Source: an uncultured Methanosarcinales archaeon
Lineage (GTDB): Archaea; Nanobdellota; Nanobdellia; Woesearchaeales; GW2011-AR9
Direction: 5' to 3'
Length of the DNA: 64,000 nt
Assembly (NCBI GenBank): GCA_964344285.1
Contig: CAYFMM010000004.1
Span: 109,526 to 173,525 of the forward strand
Shown: positions 10,446 through 19,340 of the stretch, one piece after another
Layout of the letters: each line of letters starts with the position of its first letter
Position numbering within the stretch: position 1 is the first letter of the stretch
Translations under genes and position numbers: made by a program
Notes under the pieces: model-generated
What the model was told of the DNA's origin: nothing
Seen by the model: only the letters and a program-made list of their open reading frames with translations
Database searches by the model: none

Positions 10446-10913
10446 ATGGTAACAAAAAATAACAAAGTCAAACAAATCTTTATTGCCTCGGATCACGGTG
10501 GTTTTAAAGTTAAAGAAAAGCTATTTACTTTTTTATATAAAAAAAAGTACTCTATTGCAGATCTTGGTCCTCATACATTAAATCCACACGATGATTATCC
10601 AGACTATGCAAAAAAAGTAGCACAAAAAGTTGCTAAAGAAAAAAACTCCTTTGGCATTCTTCTTTGCAGAAACGGTCAAGGTATTTGTATGGCAGCAAAT
10701 AAAATTAAAGGGACAAGAGCAGTAACTGGTTTTTCAACAAAAATGATCAAATCCACACGGCAAGATGATGATGCAAATATTCTTTGTCTCCCTTCTGACT
10801 ATTTAACGCTTAGAGAAATCAAAAAAATTGTTACTTTGTGGCTCGAAACGCCTTTTTCTAATCTTGCTCGACACAAAAGAAGAATTGCAAAAGTCAAAAA
10901 ATTACAACAATAA
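10446..10913 (+). CDS. rpiB: Ribose-5-phosphate isomerase B
   Basis: IASDHGGF, DDYPDYA, GILLCRNGQG, ANKIKG, RHKRRI. Confidence 0.95.
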   Translation: MVTKNNKVKQIFIASDHGGFKVKEKLFTFLYKKKYSIADLGPHTLNPHDDYPDYAKKVAQKVAKEKNSFGILLCRNGQGICMAANKIKGTRAVTGFSTKMIKSTRQDDDANILCLPSDYLTLREIKKIVTLWLETPFSNLARHKRRIAKVKKLQQ

Positions 10914-11539
10914 TGGCACAACAAATTTTTCCTTCTGTAATGGCAAAAAATCAAAAAGAACTAAATCAATTGCTCAAAAAATTACACGGAGTTGCAAAGA
11001 CTCTACATCTTGATATCGTGGATGGCAAATTTGCACCCTCTTTTAGTCTACATTTTCCATTTAAACTTTCTAAAAAATTTAATTATAATGCTCACCTCAT
11101 GGTCAAAAAACCAGAAGTGTGGATAACTAAGTATGGGCATAAAGTAAACAAATGTATTGTACAATTAGAAGAAATTAAAGATGTGAAAAAATATCTGGAA
11201 TTTTGCAAACAACATAATAACAAACCCTGCTTTGCACTAAAACCAGAAACAAAAATTGATATGTTAAAGCCTTTTATTAAAAAGATCCATACAATATTAA
11301 TCCTTACAGTAAAACCAGGGTTTTATGGCAGTCCGTATCAAAAAAAGCCACTGCAAAAAATTAAACAACTCAAAAAATTACATCCTAAAATTAAAATTAT
11401 TGTTGATGGACACATGAATCCAACTACAATTCTTGATGCAAAAAAAGCAGGAGCAGATTATTACGTCTCAGGATCTTTTGTCACAAAATCAGATGATTCT
11501 ACAAAAGCAATTAAAGAATTAAAAAAGAAATTGAAGTGA
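10913..11539 (+). CDS. rpe: Ribulose-phosphate 3-epimerase
   Basis: LHLDIVDGKF, AHLMV, LTVKPGFYG, IVDG, VSGS. Confidence 0.93.
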   Translation: MAQQIFPSVMAKNQKELNQLLKKLHGVAKTLHLDIVDGKFAPSFSLHFPFKLSKKFNYNAHLMVKKPEVWITKYGHKVNKCIVQLEEIKDVKKYLEFCKQHNNKPCFALKPETKIDMLKPFIKKIHTILILTVKPGFYGSPYQKKPLQKIKQLKKLHPKIKIIVDGHMNPTTILDAKKAGADYYVSGSFVTKSDDSTKAIKELKKKLK

Positions 11540-11543
11540 GTGT

Positions 11544-12527
11544 TTATTCTTGAAGTTTGTATTTTGCTCTATTATACAAATTTCCTGCGATTCCAGCGAG
11601 ACCACCTAAAATTCCTAGGCCTGTACCATCTCCCTTTACTGCATTGGTAATATTTCCTTCTCCTAAAACTTCTTTTGCGCCGTTATTTAATCCCACGACT
11701 ATATCATTCAATAATCCATAATTTGGTCTTTCAGCTAAAAAGTTTCCTGTAAATGCTCCTGTAATAACACCATAACTTACATTTGCAAAATAATCAAAGA
11801 AATTGAATTTCCCCTCCGTAAATGTATGTGAAAGGTAGGCAGTAGCAGTCCCAAAAGGTACAGTAGCTTCACCAATCCCTTTGACCACATCATCAATCCC
11901 TTCATGTGTTGACTCTGGAGCGAATATTTTTGTCATTACTCCTGCCACTGGCACTAGGGTTTTTGTGGCAAGTCCCGCTGCAACTCCCCAAAGTGCAGAT
12001 TTTTTAATTCTGTCAAAATGTCCTTTACTATCAAAAAATGAATATGTGGCTCCACCTAGTAAACCAAGGGCAGCACCTAATTTTGCATTGCCTGTAAACC
12101 TGTCTAAGACAGTACCTGATAGATTGACTTCTCCATTTAATTCAGCATATGCTTTTTTTAAATCTGGCAGATAATCAGTTTCCATTAATGCAGTTCCAAA
12201 ACCTGCTCCTGCAACTGTTGCTAAAGCTGAATTTATCATAACGCCTAATGGCCCAGCTCCTCTGCCTGAGTTTAAGAATAATGCAACTCCACTCCCAATA
12301 TCTACGGAATGTGCTTGTAAATTTTGAAGCGTACTTAAGGTTGCAGGGTCTGGCAAATTTCCTGAGGCCAGTGATCCTCCTTTATATAAAAACGGTGCTG
12401 CAGCCAAACCCACTCCTACTGCAGTTCCAGTTAATAATGACTTTTTAGCTCCCCAACTACAATTAACTATGTTGTCATATAATTTTTTATGTCCTCCCGA
12501 TTGTAAGTATTCAGATACCATATCCAT
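11544..12527 (-). CDS. Gly/Ala-rich multi-helix membrane protein, unknown function
   Basis: Many GxxxG-type hydrophobic segments. Confidence 0.55.
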   Translation of the reverse strand: MDMVSEYLQSGGHKKLYDNIVNCSWGAKKSLLTGTAVGVGLAAAPFLYKGGSLASGNLPDPATLSTLQNLQAHSVDIGSGVALFLNSGRGAGPLGVMINSALATVAGAGFGTALMETDYLPDLKKAYAELNGEVNLSGTVLDRFTGNAKLGAALGLLGGATYSFFDSKGHFDRIKKSALWGVAAGLATKTLVPVAGVMTKIFAPESTHEGIDDVVKGIGEATVPFGTATAYLSHTFTEGKFNFFDYFANVSYGVITGAFTGNFLAERPNYGLLNDIVVGLNNGAKEVLGEGNITNAVKGDGTGLGILGGLAGIAGNLYNRAKYKLQE

Positions 12528-12632
12528 ACTCAGAATAAACCATATTTATAAACCTTTCCTTTTTCTTCACTAAATAGTAGTTAATCCAAATTAAGCAGAA
12601 ACTCTTAAAAATACGCTTTATAAATAACACTT

Positions 12633-13115
12633 ATGGTAGAATATGAAGAAAAGAAAACTGAAAGTTCAGCAAGTTCATTACTTCACTCAATTAAAGCAGG
12701 AGCTGTTTTGTTAGCCCCTGCTGCAGTTGGTTTTTTACAACCAATGTATATTGAGAATAAGAATATTTTCTACCAAGGTCTATGCACAGCGATCACGCTC
12801 CCTATAGTAACGGCAGCAACATACGCTCTTTCAAGTAAAAAAGGAGCTGCCTGGGCTTTTGCAACCTTTATGGCTGCAGCTGGTTACAGTTACTCAGAGG
12901 GATATTATAAAAAAGATCTTCGCGTAGAAATTCGTAGAATTGAAGATGAAAGTGTAAAAAAACATCCTTACCTTAAAAGGATGGCTGAAGATGCAATTCA
13001 CAAAGAAAAAGAAAATGAGCGTAGAAAGAAAAAATGGAGAAGAGAAAGAGGTCTTAGAGAAGAACCAGAATCACTCACAGATTACATCAATGAATTTAAA
13101 GAAGAATTAAGATAA
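12633..13115 (+). CDS. Hypothetical membrane protein
   Basis: About three hydrophobic segments, then a charged tail. Confidence 0.55.
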   Translation: MVEYEEKKTESSASSLLHSIKAGAVLLAPAAVGFLQPMYIENKNIFYQGLCTAITLPIVTAATYALSSKKGAAWAFATFMAAAGYSYSEGYYKKDLRVEIRRIEDESVKKHPYLKRMAEDAIHKEKENERRKKKWRRERGLREEPESLTDYINEFKEELR

Positions 13116-13147
13116 TCTTTTCCTTAAAAAAAATAACTAAAAATAAA

Positions 13148-13759
13148 ATGGCAAAAAAAACTACAAAAAAGAAATCTGACGTGGCAGCAGTGACTGAAAC
13201 CACTTCAGAAAAAACTGAAAACAAAACCAAAAAAAAGCTTGTAATGGGAATTTTAGCAGGAGAACGTGTAATTACAGAATCTTCTGACGAAGCAAGAGAA
13301 TTCTATAATCAAAGCAGATTTGGTGCAATGGCTGATAATGGCAAAGTTGAACTATCTCTATTAGAAGCACTCTATCTAATGGAAAAAGGAAGATTAACTA
13401 TTAAGAGTGAAGCTGGAAGAAAAGTAACCTTTGAATCCTATGTCAAAAAAGCACGTAAAATTGAACCTAATTTTTGGATTAGATATTCTGTGTTCAAAGA
13501 CATGCGTAACCGTGGATACATTATCAAAACAGCTCTTAAATTCGGAGCAGACTTTAGAGTCTATGACAGGGGTGTAAAACCTGGTGAAGATCACGCACGT
13601 TGGATTGTCTTTCCAGTACATGAAGGAAGTGTGTACACATGGCACGAGTTCTCAGCAAAGAATCGGGTAGCACATTCAACAAAAAAGAAACTTTTGTTAG
13701 GTATTGTAGACGACGAAGGAGATGTGACCTACTACCAAGTTTCTTGGATAAGACCCTAA
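13148..13759 (+). CDS. endA: tRNA-intron (BHB) endonuclease, single catalytic subunit (alpha4-like size)
   Basis: LSLLEALYL, KTALKFGADFRVYDRG..EDHA, NRVAHSTKK (Y/H/K triad), C-terminus WIRP. Confidence 0.96.
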   Translation: MAKKTTKKKSDVAAVTETTSEKTENKTKKKLVMGILAGERVITESSDEAREFYNQSRFGAMADNGKVELSLLEALYLMEKGRLTIKSEAGRKVTFESYVKKARKIEPNFWIRYSVFKDMRNRGYIIKTALKFGADFRVYDRGVKPGEDHARWIVFPVHEGSVYTWHEFSAKNRVAHSTKKKLLLGIVDDEGDVTYYQVSWIRP

Positions 13760-14862
13760 ACAAGAGCCCAAATAACCTTATTTTTGTAACCTTTTTTTAC
13801 AATTTCATTTTCTTGAAATAACCTGTTAAGGTGAGGTGTAACGCCATTCATTGTAAACAAAAGCTCGTTTGCAAAATCTCTAGTAGTTAATTCTCTATAT
13901 TCTAAAAGAGAAAAGATTTTTTGTTCAATCAAAATAGGGTTCCTAGTTCTAAATATTCTAGATTTTGTTTCGATCATCTTTTGTAAATTAAATTTCTTAG
14001 TTGGATGTTTTAATGGAATTAATCTTTTGAAAAAAGGAAGACTTTTAGATCTGACGTTTAATGATACTTTATCTTTTCCTTTTGAGGAAAATATTGAAAT
14101 TTTACCTGTCTCAATATTTAACGTGCACAACAATTCTTTAACTTGTTTCATTAAACTAAGAGAATGGATTGTTAAAACAGCCCCTTTTGAAACTGAGCCA
14201 TCATCATCAAACAAAGCGGCAATAAATGCAGCTTTACACTCAACTGTTGAAGTAAATATTTTTTGAGGGATTCTATTTGGATGTGTAATTTGGAAATCAA
14301 AAACACCTTGAATTATATCTGTGATTACCTTTGGAAACTCAATAATGTATGTTGAATGTGTTTTTCTTTCTCTACTTTCAAATTCTCCAAACATATTCAA
14401 TGAATTGCTAAAATTTTTTCTTAATAGTGCTTCTGAATTAGCATAATATGGGGTATGGTGCCCAGATTGACAACCATCGGCAATAAGATGTCCTATTATA
14501 GAATATAACTTGGGAGTTTCTAGTAATGGTAGTTTTGGTAGATTAACTGGAGTTCCTGCTCTTACTCTAATCTTAATAATCTGTTTTTCAAGCTTTAACT
14601 TTTCTTCTTTACTGATATAAGTGATAATTTTTTTTAATAATTTATTTGGTATATATTGGACATATTCTTTGCCATTTTTCTTGAATTTGGCGCAATGGTA
14701 TTTTCTAAAGCCCTTTGGCTCTTCTTCAATTTCTAAACAAAATTTTCTTCTTGAGCCGAATCTTTTGTACAATCTTTCAAGTAACTTAATTCTAAATTCA
14801 TCCTCAATAAGTACATAAATACTATCTGGAAAATCCCAAATATGCCACTCTCGCAAAGCCAT
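13756..14862 (-). CDS. Free-standing double-motif LAGLIDADG endonuclease with C-terminal HTH-like segment
   Basis: IIGHLIADG and FIAALFDDDG motifs; no intein splicing residues at the ends. Confidence 0.85.
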   Translation of the reverse strand: MALREWHIWDFPDSIYVLIEDEFRIKLLERLYKRFGSRRKFCLEIEEEPKGFRKYHCAKFKKNGKEYVQYIPNKLLKKIITYISKEEKLKLEKQIIKIRVRAGTPVNLPKLPLLETPKLYSIIGHLIADGCQSGHHTPYYANSEALLRKNFSNSLNMFGEFESRERKTHSTYIIEFPKVITDIIQGVFDFQITHPNRIPQKIFTSTVECKAAFIAALFDDDGSVSKGAVLTIHSLSLMKQVKELLCTLNIETGKISIFSSKGKDKVSLNVRSKSLPFFKRLIPLKHPTKKFNLQKMIETKSRIFRTRNPILIEQKIFSLLEYRELTTRDFANELLFTMNGVTPHLNRLFQENEIVKKGYKNKVIWALV

Positions 14863-14977
14863 ACATTTCTATGTTGAAATTAGCTTATATACTTTATCTG
14901 GACTTGACCAGTGGGTTTGTGGTAGCAAACCTCCAGAAATGTTCTATTTCTCGTAGGTGTGTGGTTTTTAGAAATCC

Positions 14978-15841
14978 TTAACTTTGCAGTGCATCCTTAA
15001 TATGTTCATAAGAATTAAGACATCTTAGCGGATCACGCAAAGCAAAGTGATCGCAACCTACAATCCAATTTTGCTGTGCATGCTTTAATTGCACAGCATT
15101 TATTTCTACTAACCCATCTCCTCTTGCATCAATTTCTCCAGCAATTGTATACATCTTCACTTGATCTTCTTTTTCTTGCTTAGAATTTAATTCTTGTAAA
15201 AAAGGATGGTCTTTTGTTAATGACACAAAATCAGTCTGTGGACTTAGCTTTTTAGATACAAAAGAAGAAGACGCAACACTCCCAAGATTATACAAACCTC
15301 CTTTATTTGGAGTTCCAAGCATTACAAGCTTTCGCACATTACCTTCATGTTCTTGAATATAATCTCTTGATACAACACCGCCCATAGAATGTGCAACAAT
15401 ATCAACTTGCTTTGCTCCAGTACAATCTTTAATTTTATCAATAACTTCAGCTAATTTTTCTGCATGCTCTGGAATTTCACTAAAACTGTCTCCTTCAAAA
15501 TAACTTGCCCTAATTACAATTGGTCTTTGTGCGTACACTAACTGTGCACAACTTGTAGCCTCGGTAAAAATCCCCTTGTCTTGATACTTTAAATCAGCTT
15601 CCAAATGTTTTGCAAGTTCTTTCATTGGTTGTTGCGATAAGCTTGGGCTATAACTTGGATTATACCCATGCAATAACACTAAAGGATACGTTTCATTAGG
15701 CGCCTGGATTTGAGGAAGATCTACAGCTTTCTCTACAATCTTGCCAGTTGCAACAGCTGAATAATACTCTGCTGAAAAATACACAAAACCAATAACGAAA
15801 ACAAGTACAATAATTCCAATGGTCCAAAAAATCTTACGCAT
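14978..15841 (-). CDS. Membrane-anchored or secreted alpha/beta hydrolase (lipase-like)
   Basis: VLLHGY, VAHSMGG, MLGTPN, GDGLV, CDH; N-terminal TM helix. Confidence 0.9.
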   Translation of the reverse strand: MRKIFWTIGIIVLVFVIGFVYFSAEYYSAVATGKIVEKAVDLPQIQAPNETYPLVLLHGYNPSYSPSLSQQPMKELAKHLEADLKYQDKGIFTEATSCAQLVYAQRPIVIRASYFEGDSFSEIPEHAEKLAEVIDKIKDCTGAKQVDIVAHSMGGVVSRDYIQEHEGNVRKLVMLGTPNKGGLYNLGSVASSSFVSKKLSPQTDFVSLTKDHPFLQELNSKQEKEDQVKMYTIAGEIDARGDGLVEINAVQLKHAQQNWIVGCDHFALRDPLRCLNSYEHIKDALQS

Positions 15842-15873
15842 AAGTGCATAAATACAAGAATTGTTTATAACTT

Positions 15874-16617
15874 TTATTCACAATTGTCCCAAATAAAATC
15901 AAAAAACTTGCGATATCCATTAGCTAACCTTCTATTCTTCATTACAAATTGAATTGGTTCATCAGGTAATTTTCCTACTTCTCCGCTACTAATAAAAGTT
16001 ACAACATAATCTCCAAAAATATCAATCATCGTTGGTCCGGAATAATTTTGAGGTAAGAATTTGTACGGCTTTCCAACAAACTTCAATATCTCAGGTAATT
16101 GATCTTTGACTTCATAATCAAATATATGTTTAAATTTAATTCCCAATCTTTTTCTCTCTCTTTGAAAATGCGGTAAGAAGTGTTTTAATCTAGGGTCTAA
16201 CCACATCCCCTTTGCTCCAATAAAATACACTGTTTCTTTTTGTTCTAAAATTAATTGCAAATAATTTTTCATCCCTTCAATTCCTTTATACACATATGCT
16301 TCCTCTTTTTCTTCCACTGCCTTGTACTTAGTTTTCATCTCCTTAAGCACTTTCTCAATTTTCTCTTCTTTTTCTTTTAGTAATGCAAGAAGTCTTTCTG
16401 GATTGATTGCCTTAAAATTCTTCTCACCCTTAACAAAAACTTCTGACACTAATCCTTTCTCTAACAACTTAGCTAAAGAATCATAGGAATTTCTGCGATG
16501 GACTTTTGCTTTGAGCGAAATTTTTTGAACAGAAGTTTGCCCTATTTGCAATAACGCTTCATAAACTCGTGCTTCGTTTGGGCTAAGTCCCACTTCGCGT
16601 AGAATTTCTTCGTACAT
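15874..16617 (-). CDS. TrmB-family transcriptional regulator
   Basis: GLSPNEARVYEALL..YDSLAKLLEKGLV wHTH plus C-terminal effector domain. Confidence 0.88.
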   Translation of the reverse strand: MYEEILREVGLSPNEARVYEALLQIGQTSVQKISLKAKVHRRNSYDSLAKLLEKGLVSEVFVKGEKNFKAINPERLLALLKEKEEKIEKVLKEMKTKYKAVEEKEEAYVYKGIEGMKNYLQLILEQKETVYFIGAKGMWLDPRLKHFLPHFQRERKRLGIKFKHIFDYEVKDQLPEILKFVGKPYKFLPQNYSGPTMIDIFGDYVVTFISSGEVGKLPDEPIQFVMKNRRLANGYRKFFDFIWDNCE

Positions 16618-16652
16618 GAAATCTTAACTAACTTTTTACTTTAAGTAATTTT

Positions 16653-16670
16653 TGGTGGTTTTTACCACCA
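16653..16670. promoter_or_regulatory. Perfect 7-bp inverted repeat between the divergent TrmB and symporter genes (candidate operator)
   Basis: TGGTGGT-TTTT-ACCACCA just upstream of TTTTATATT. Confidence 0.55.
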
Positions 16671-16747
16671 CAAGGTTTTATATTGTACGTAGGGTGTGGA
16701 TGTGTTAGAGGTTCTAATAGAGGTAATAACATAGCAGTAGCTCTAAA

Positions 16748-18208
16748 ATGGCATTAATAACACCAACACAAGGATTTGTAATGCTTGGATTATTTGCAAT
16801 AATTATGGTCTCATTAGTGTACTTTTTAACAAAAAAGAGACATCACACAATTGACTTATTTTTAGTTTCAGACAGAAAAGTATCTTGGTTTAGAGGTGCA
16901 TTTAGTATTGCAGTAAGTTGGATTTGGGCGCCTGCAATTTTTATAGCTTCATTGCAAGCCTACACAAAAGGAATTGCAGGTGCATTTTGGTTTATTGCAC
17001 CAAACATCATTTGTTTTTTCATCTTTGCCCCATTAGCAATACGTCTTCGAAGATTAATGCCAAATGGTTACACTCTTCCTGAATTTATTTTAAAACGTTA
17101 TAACAATGACAAAAAAACACACCTTGCCTTTGTGACAGTCTTTTTTGGTTATCAACTTGGAGCAATTATCATCAATTCATTAGCAGGAGGGATATTATTG
17201 CATATTTTAACTGGGATGAATTTTCAATTAGCAGTCTTATCTCTTTCATTAGTAGCACTAATCTATTCTATTGTTAGTGGACTTGAAGCTTCAATCTTAA
17301 CTGATGTTTTACAGATGTTACTAATCCTTGTAACTGCATTTATACTTGTTCCATGGGTCTTAATTAATAGCGGTGGTTTATCTTCAATTTTTGGAGGTTT
17401 AGGGGGAGTTTCTGGCCAATATTCAAATATTTTTAATCCATGGATTGCATTTTCGTTTGGCATTGCAGTGACTTTAAGTCTTTTATCTGGCCCTATTGGA
17501 GATCAGATGTTTTTTCAACGTGGCTTTGCAGTACAAAAAAAACATATCGTAAAAACATTTGTGGTTGGGGGGTTACTTTTTGGGCTTGTACCAATGGCTC
17601 TTAGCTTACTTGGTTTTGTTGCTGCAAATCCAGCGATAAATTCTGCTATTAGAATTACTGACCCACAGATGGTTGGCCCTTTAGTGATCGGCTTTTTCCT
17701 GCCTAAGGCTGCATTAATATTATTTCTCTTTATGGCATTTGCAGGTCTATCTTCTACTCTAGACTCTGCCTACTGTGCAATTAGTTCCTTAGGAACTGTT
17801 GACATCTACAAGAAATATTTTAACAAAAATGCCAATGACAAGAATCTGCTTAGAATTTCTCGTTGGTTTATGATTTACATGGCAATGATTGGGACTGGGA
17901 TTGCATTATTACAACCTAAATTGATTTGGGTATTCTTAATTTATGGGGCTCTAGCTTCTTCAGCATTTTTTCCTACAATCTTTAGCTTATTTTGGGACAG
18001 GCTCAACAGCAATGGTGCTTTTATGGCAATCAGTTTATCTTTAATCATAGGGTTACCTCTCTCTATTTATGCAAACCTTACTGAGAATACAACTTTGATT
18101 GTTGTTTCAGCAATTTTAAGTGTGGGGATAGGACTTTTTGTCAGTCTTATTGCAGGATTTTCTAATAAACAAAGATTTAAATTTGAAATTAAAGAAGATT
18201 CTTCATAA
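16748..18208 (+). CDS. Sodium:solute symporter (SSS; DUR3/PutP-like)
   Basis: SIAVSWIW, GYTLPEFI..RY, ASILTDVLQ, AGLSSTLDS; about 13 TM helices. Confidence 0.9.
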   Translation: MALITPTQGFVMLGLFAIIMVSLVYFLTKKRHHTIDLFLVSDRKVSWFRGAFSIAVSWIWAPAIFIASLQAYTKGIAGAFWFIAPNIICFFIFAPLAIRLRRLMPNGYTLPEFILKRYNNDKKTHLAFVTVFFGYQLGAIIINSLAGGILLHILTGMNFQLAVLSLSLVALIYSIVSGLEASILTDVLQMLLILVTAFILVPWVLINSGGLSSIFGGLGGVSGQYSNIFNPWIAFSFGIAVTLSLLSGPIGDQMFFQRGFAVQKKHIVKTFVVGGLLFGLVPMALSLLGFVAANPAINSAIRITDPQMVGPLVIGFFLPKAALILFLFMAFAGLSSTLDSAYCAISSLGTVDIYKKYFNKNANDKNLLRISRWFMIYMAMIGTGIALLQPKLIWVFLIYGALASSAFFPTIFSLFWDRLNSNGAFMAISLSLIIGLPLSIYANLTENTTLIVVSAILSVGIGLFVSLIAGFSNKQRFKFEIKEDSS

Positions 18209-18262
18209 TCCCACCTTCTACACTTCCACAATCTTAATAAAGCCTAATCTCACATCAAAAAC

Positions 18263-19339
18263 ATGCTCGTACAGGATCAAATTCTCGATTTTATTAAAGA
18301 AACAGGACCAACTCTGCCAGCAAGAGTTGCCAAAGTAATTAAACAGGAACTACTAATCACATCTGCACATCTTGCAGACTTAGTTTCACAACGTAAACTT
18401 GTAGTCTCTAACCTCAAGGTTGGAGCATCTCCTTTATACTACATTACTGGGCAAGAAGAAAAACTTCTTGAATTTGCACAAGGCAACCTTAATCCAAAAG
18501 ACTATGATGTCTTGATGCGTCTTAAAGAGAACAAAGTCTTACGTGAGGAAAGTTTAGAATTACTCCCAAGGGTAGCGCTTAGAAATATGAAAGACTTTGC
18601 AATCCCTTTACAAGTTCGCTTTCAAGGAAAAACAGAAGTCTTTTGGAAATGGCATCTTATCCCAGAACAAGAAGTAAAAGGGATGATTAGTGCAATTTTA
18701 AATCCTCCTCAAAAAACAACTGCTCCTCCCAAAGTTGAGGAATCTTCTACAATTGATATTCCTTCACCAAAAGATATCCCCGAAGAGATACAACAACCAA
18801 AAGAAGAAATTGTGGAATCTTCTACTCCAAAAGAACCTGAATCGTCACCAGAAGTTTCATCTACGCCAGTTGTACAAGAACCAAAAGAAACAAAACAAGA
18901 ATCACAAAAAACATTATCACAGGAAGCACCTGCAAAAGAAAAGCAGCCTGAAGAAACCAAAGAACCAAAAACACCTATCGCTCAAAAACCTAAACCAACA
19001 AAAAAACCTAAAGTAGCTTCTCCAGACAAGCTTGTAACACAAACATCTGAATTTTTGGAGAAGCTCAACATACTCATAACCTCACAAGAAGTAATTAGAA
19101 AAAACTCAGAAGCAAACTTAGTTGTCAAGGTTCCTTCGGTTGTAGGGCAAACAACATATTATTGTAAAACCAAAAGTAAAGCACGTTGTGATGAAAAAGA
19201 TTTATCAGTTGCGTACATGGAAGCACAAATTAAAAAACTACCTTTACTTTTCCTTTATGCAAAAGACATTACTCCAAAAGCAAAAGAGATGCTCAAGTCA
19301 GAAGCATTTGAAAATATCTTAGTTAAAAAAATAGAATAA
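18263..19339 (+). CDS. Hypothetical protein: N-terminal wHTH-like domain, P/E/K-rich linker, C-terminal globular domain
   Basis: GPTLPARVAKVIK..HLADLV; stop codon 1 nt before the fen start. Confidence 0.7.
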   Translation: MLVQDQILDFIKETGPTLPARVAKVIKQELLITSAHLADLVSQRKLVVSNLKVGASPLYYITGQEEKLLEFAQGNLNPKDYDVLMRLKENKVLREESLELLPRVALRNMKDFAIPLQVRFQGKTEVFWKWHLIPEQEVKGMISAILNPPQKTTAPPKVEESSTIDIPSPKDIPEEIQQPKEEIVESSTPKEPESSPEVSSTPVVQEPKETKQESQKTLSQEAPAKEKQPEETKEPKTPIAQKPKPTKKPKVASPDKLVTQTSEFLEKLNILITSQEVIRKNSEANLVVKVPSVVGQTTYYCKTKSKARCDEKDLSVAYMEAQIKKLPLLFLYAKDITPKAKEMLKSEAFENILVKKIE

Positions 19340-19340
19340 A

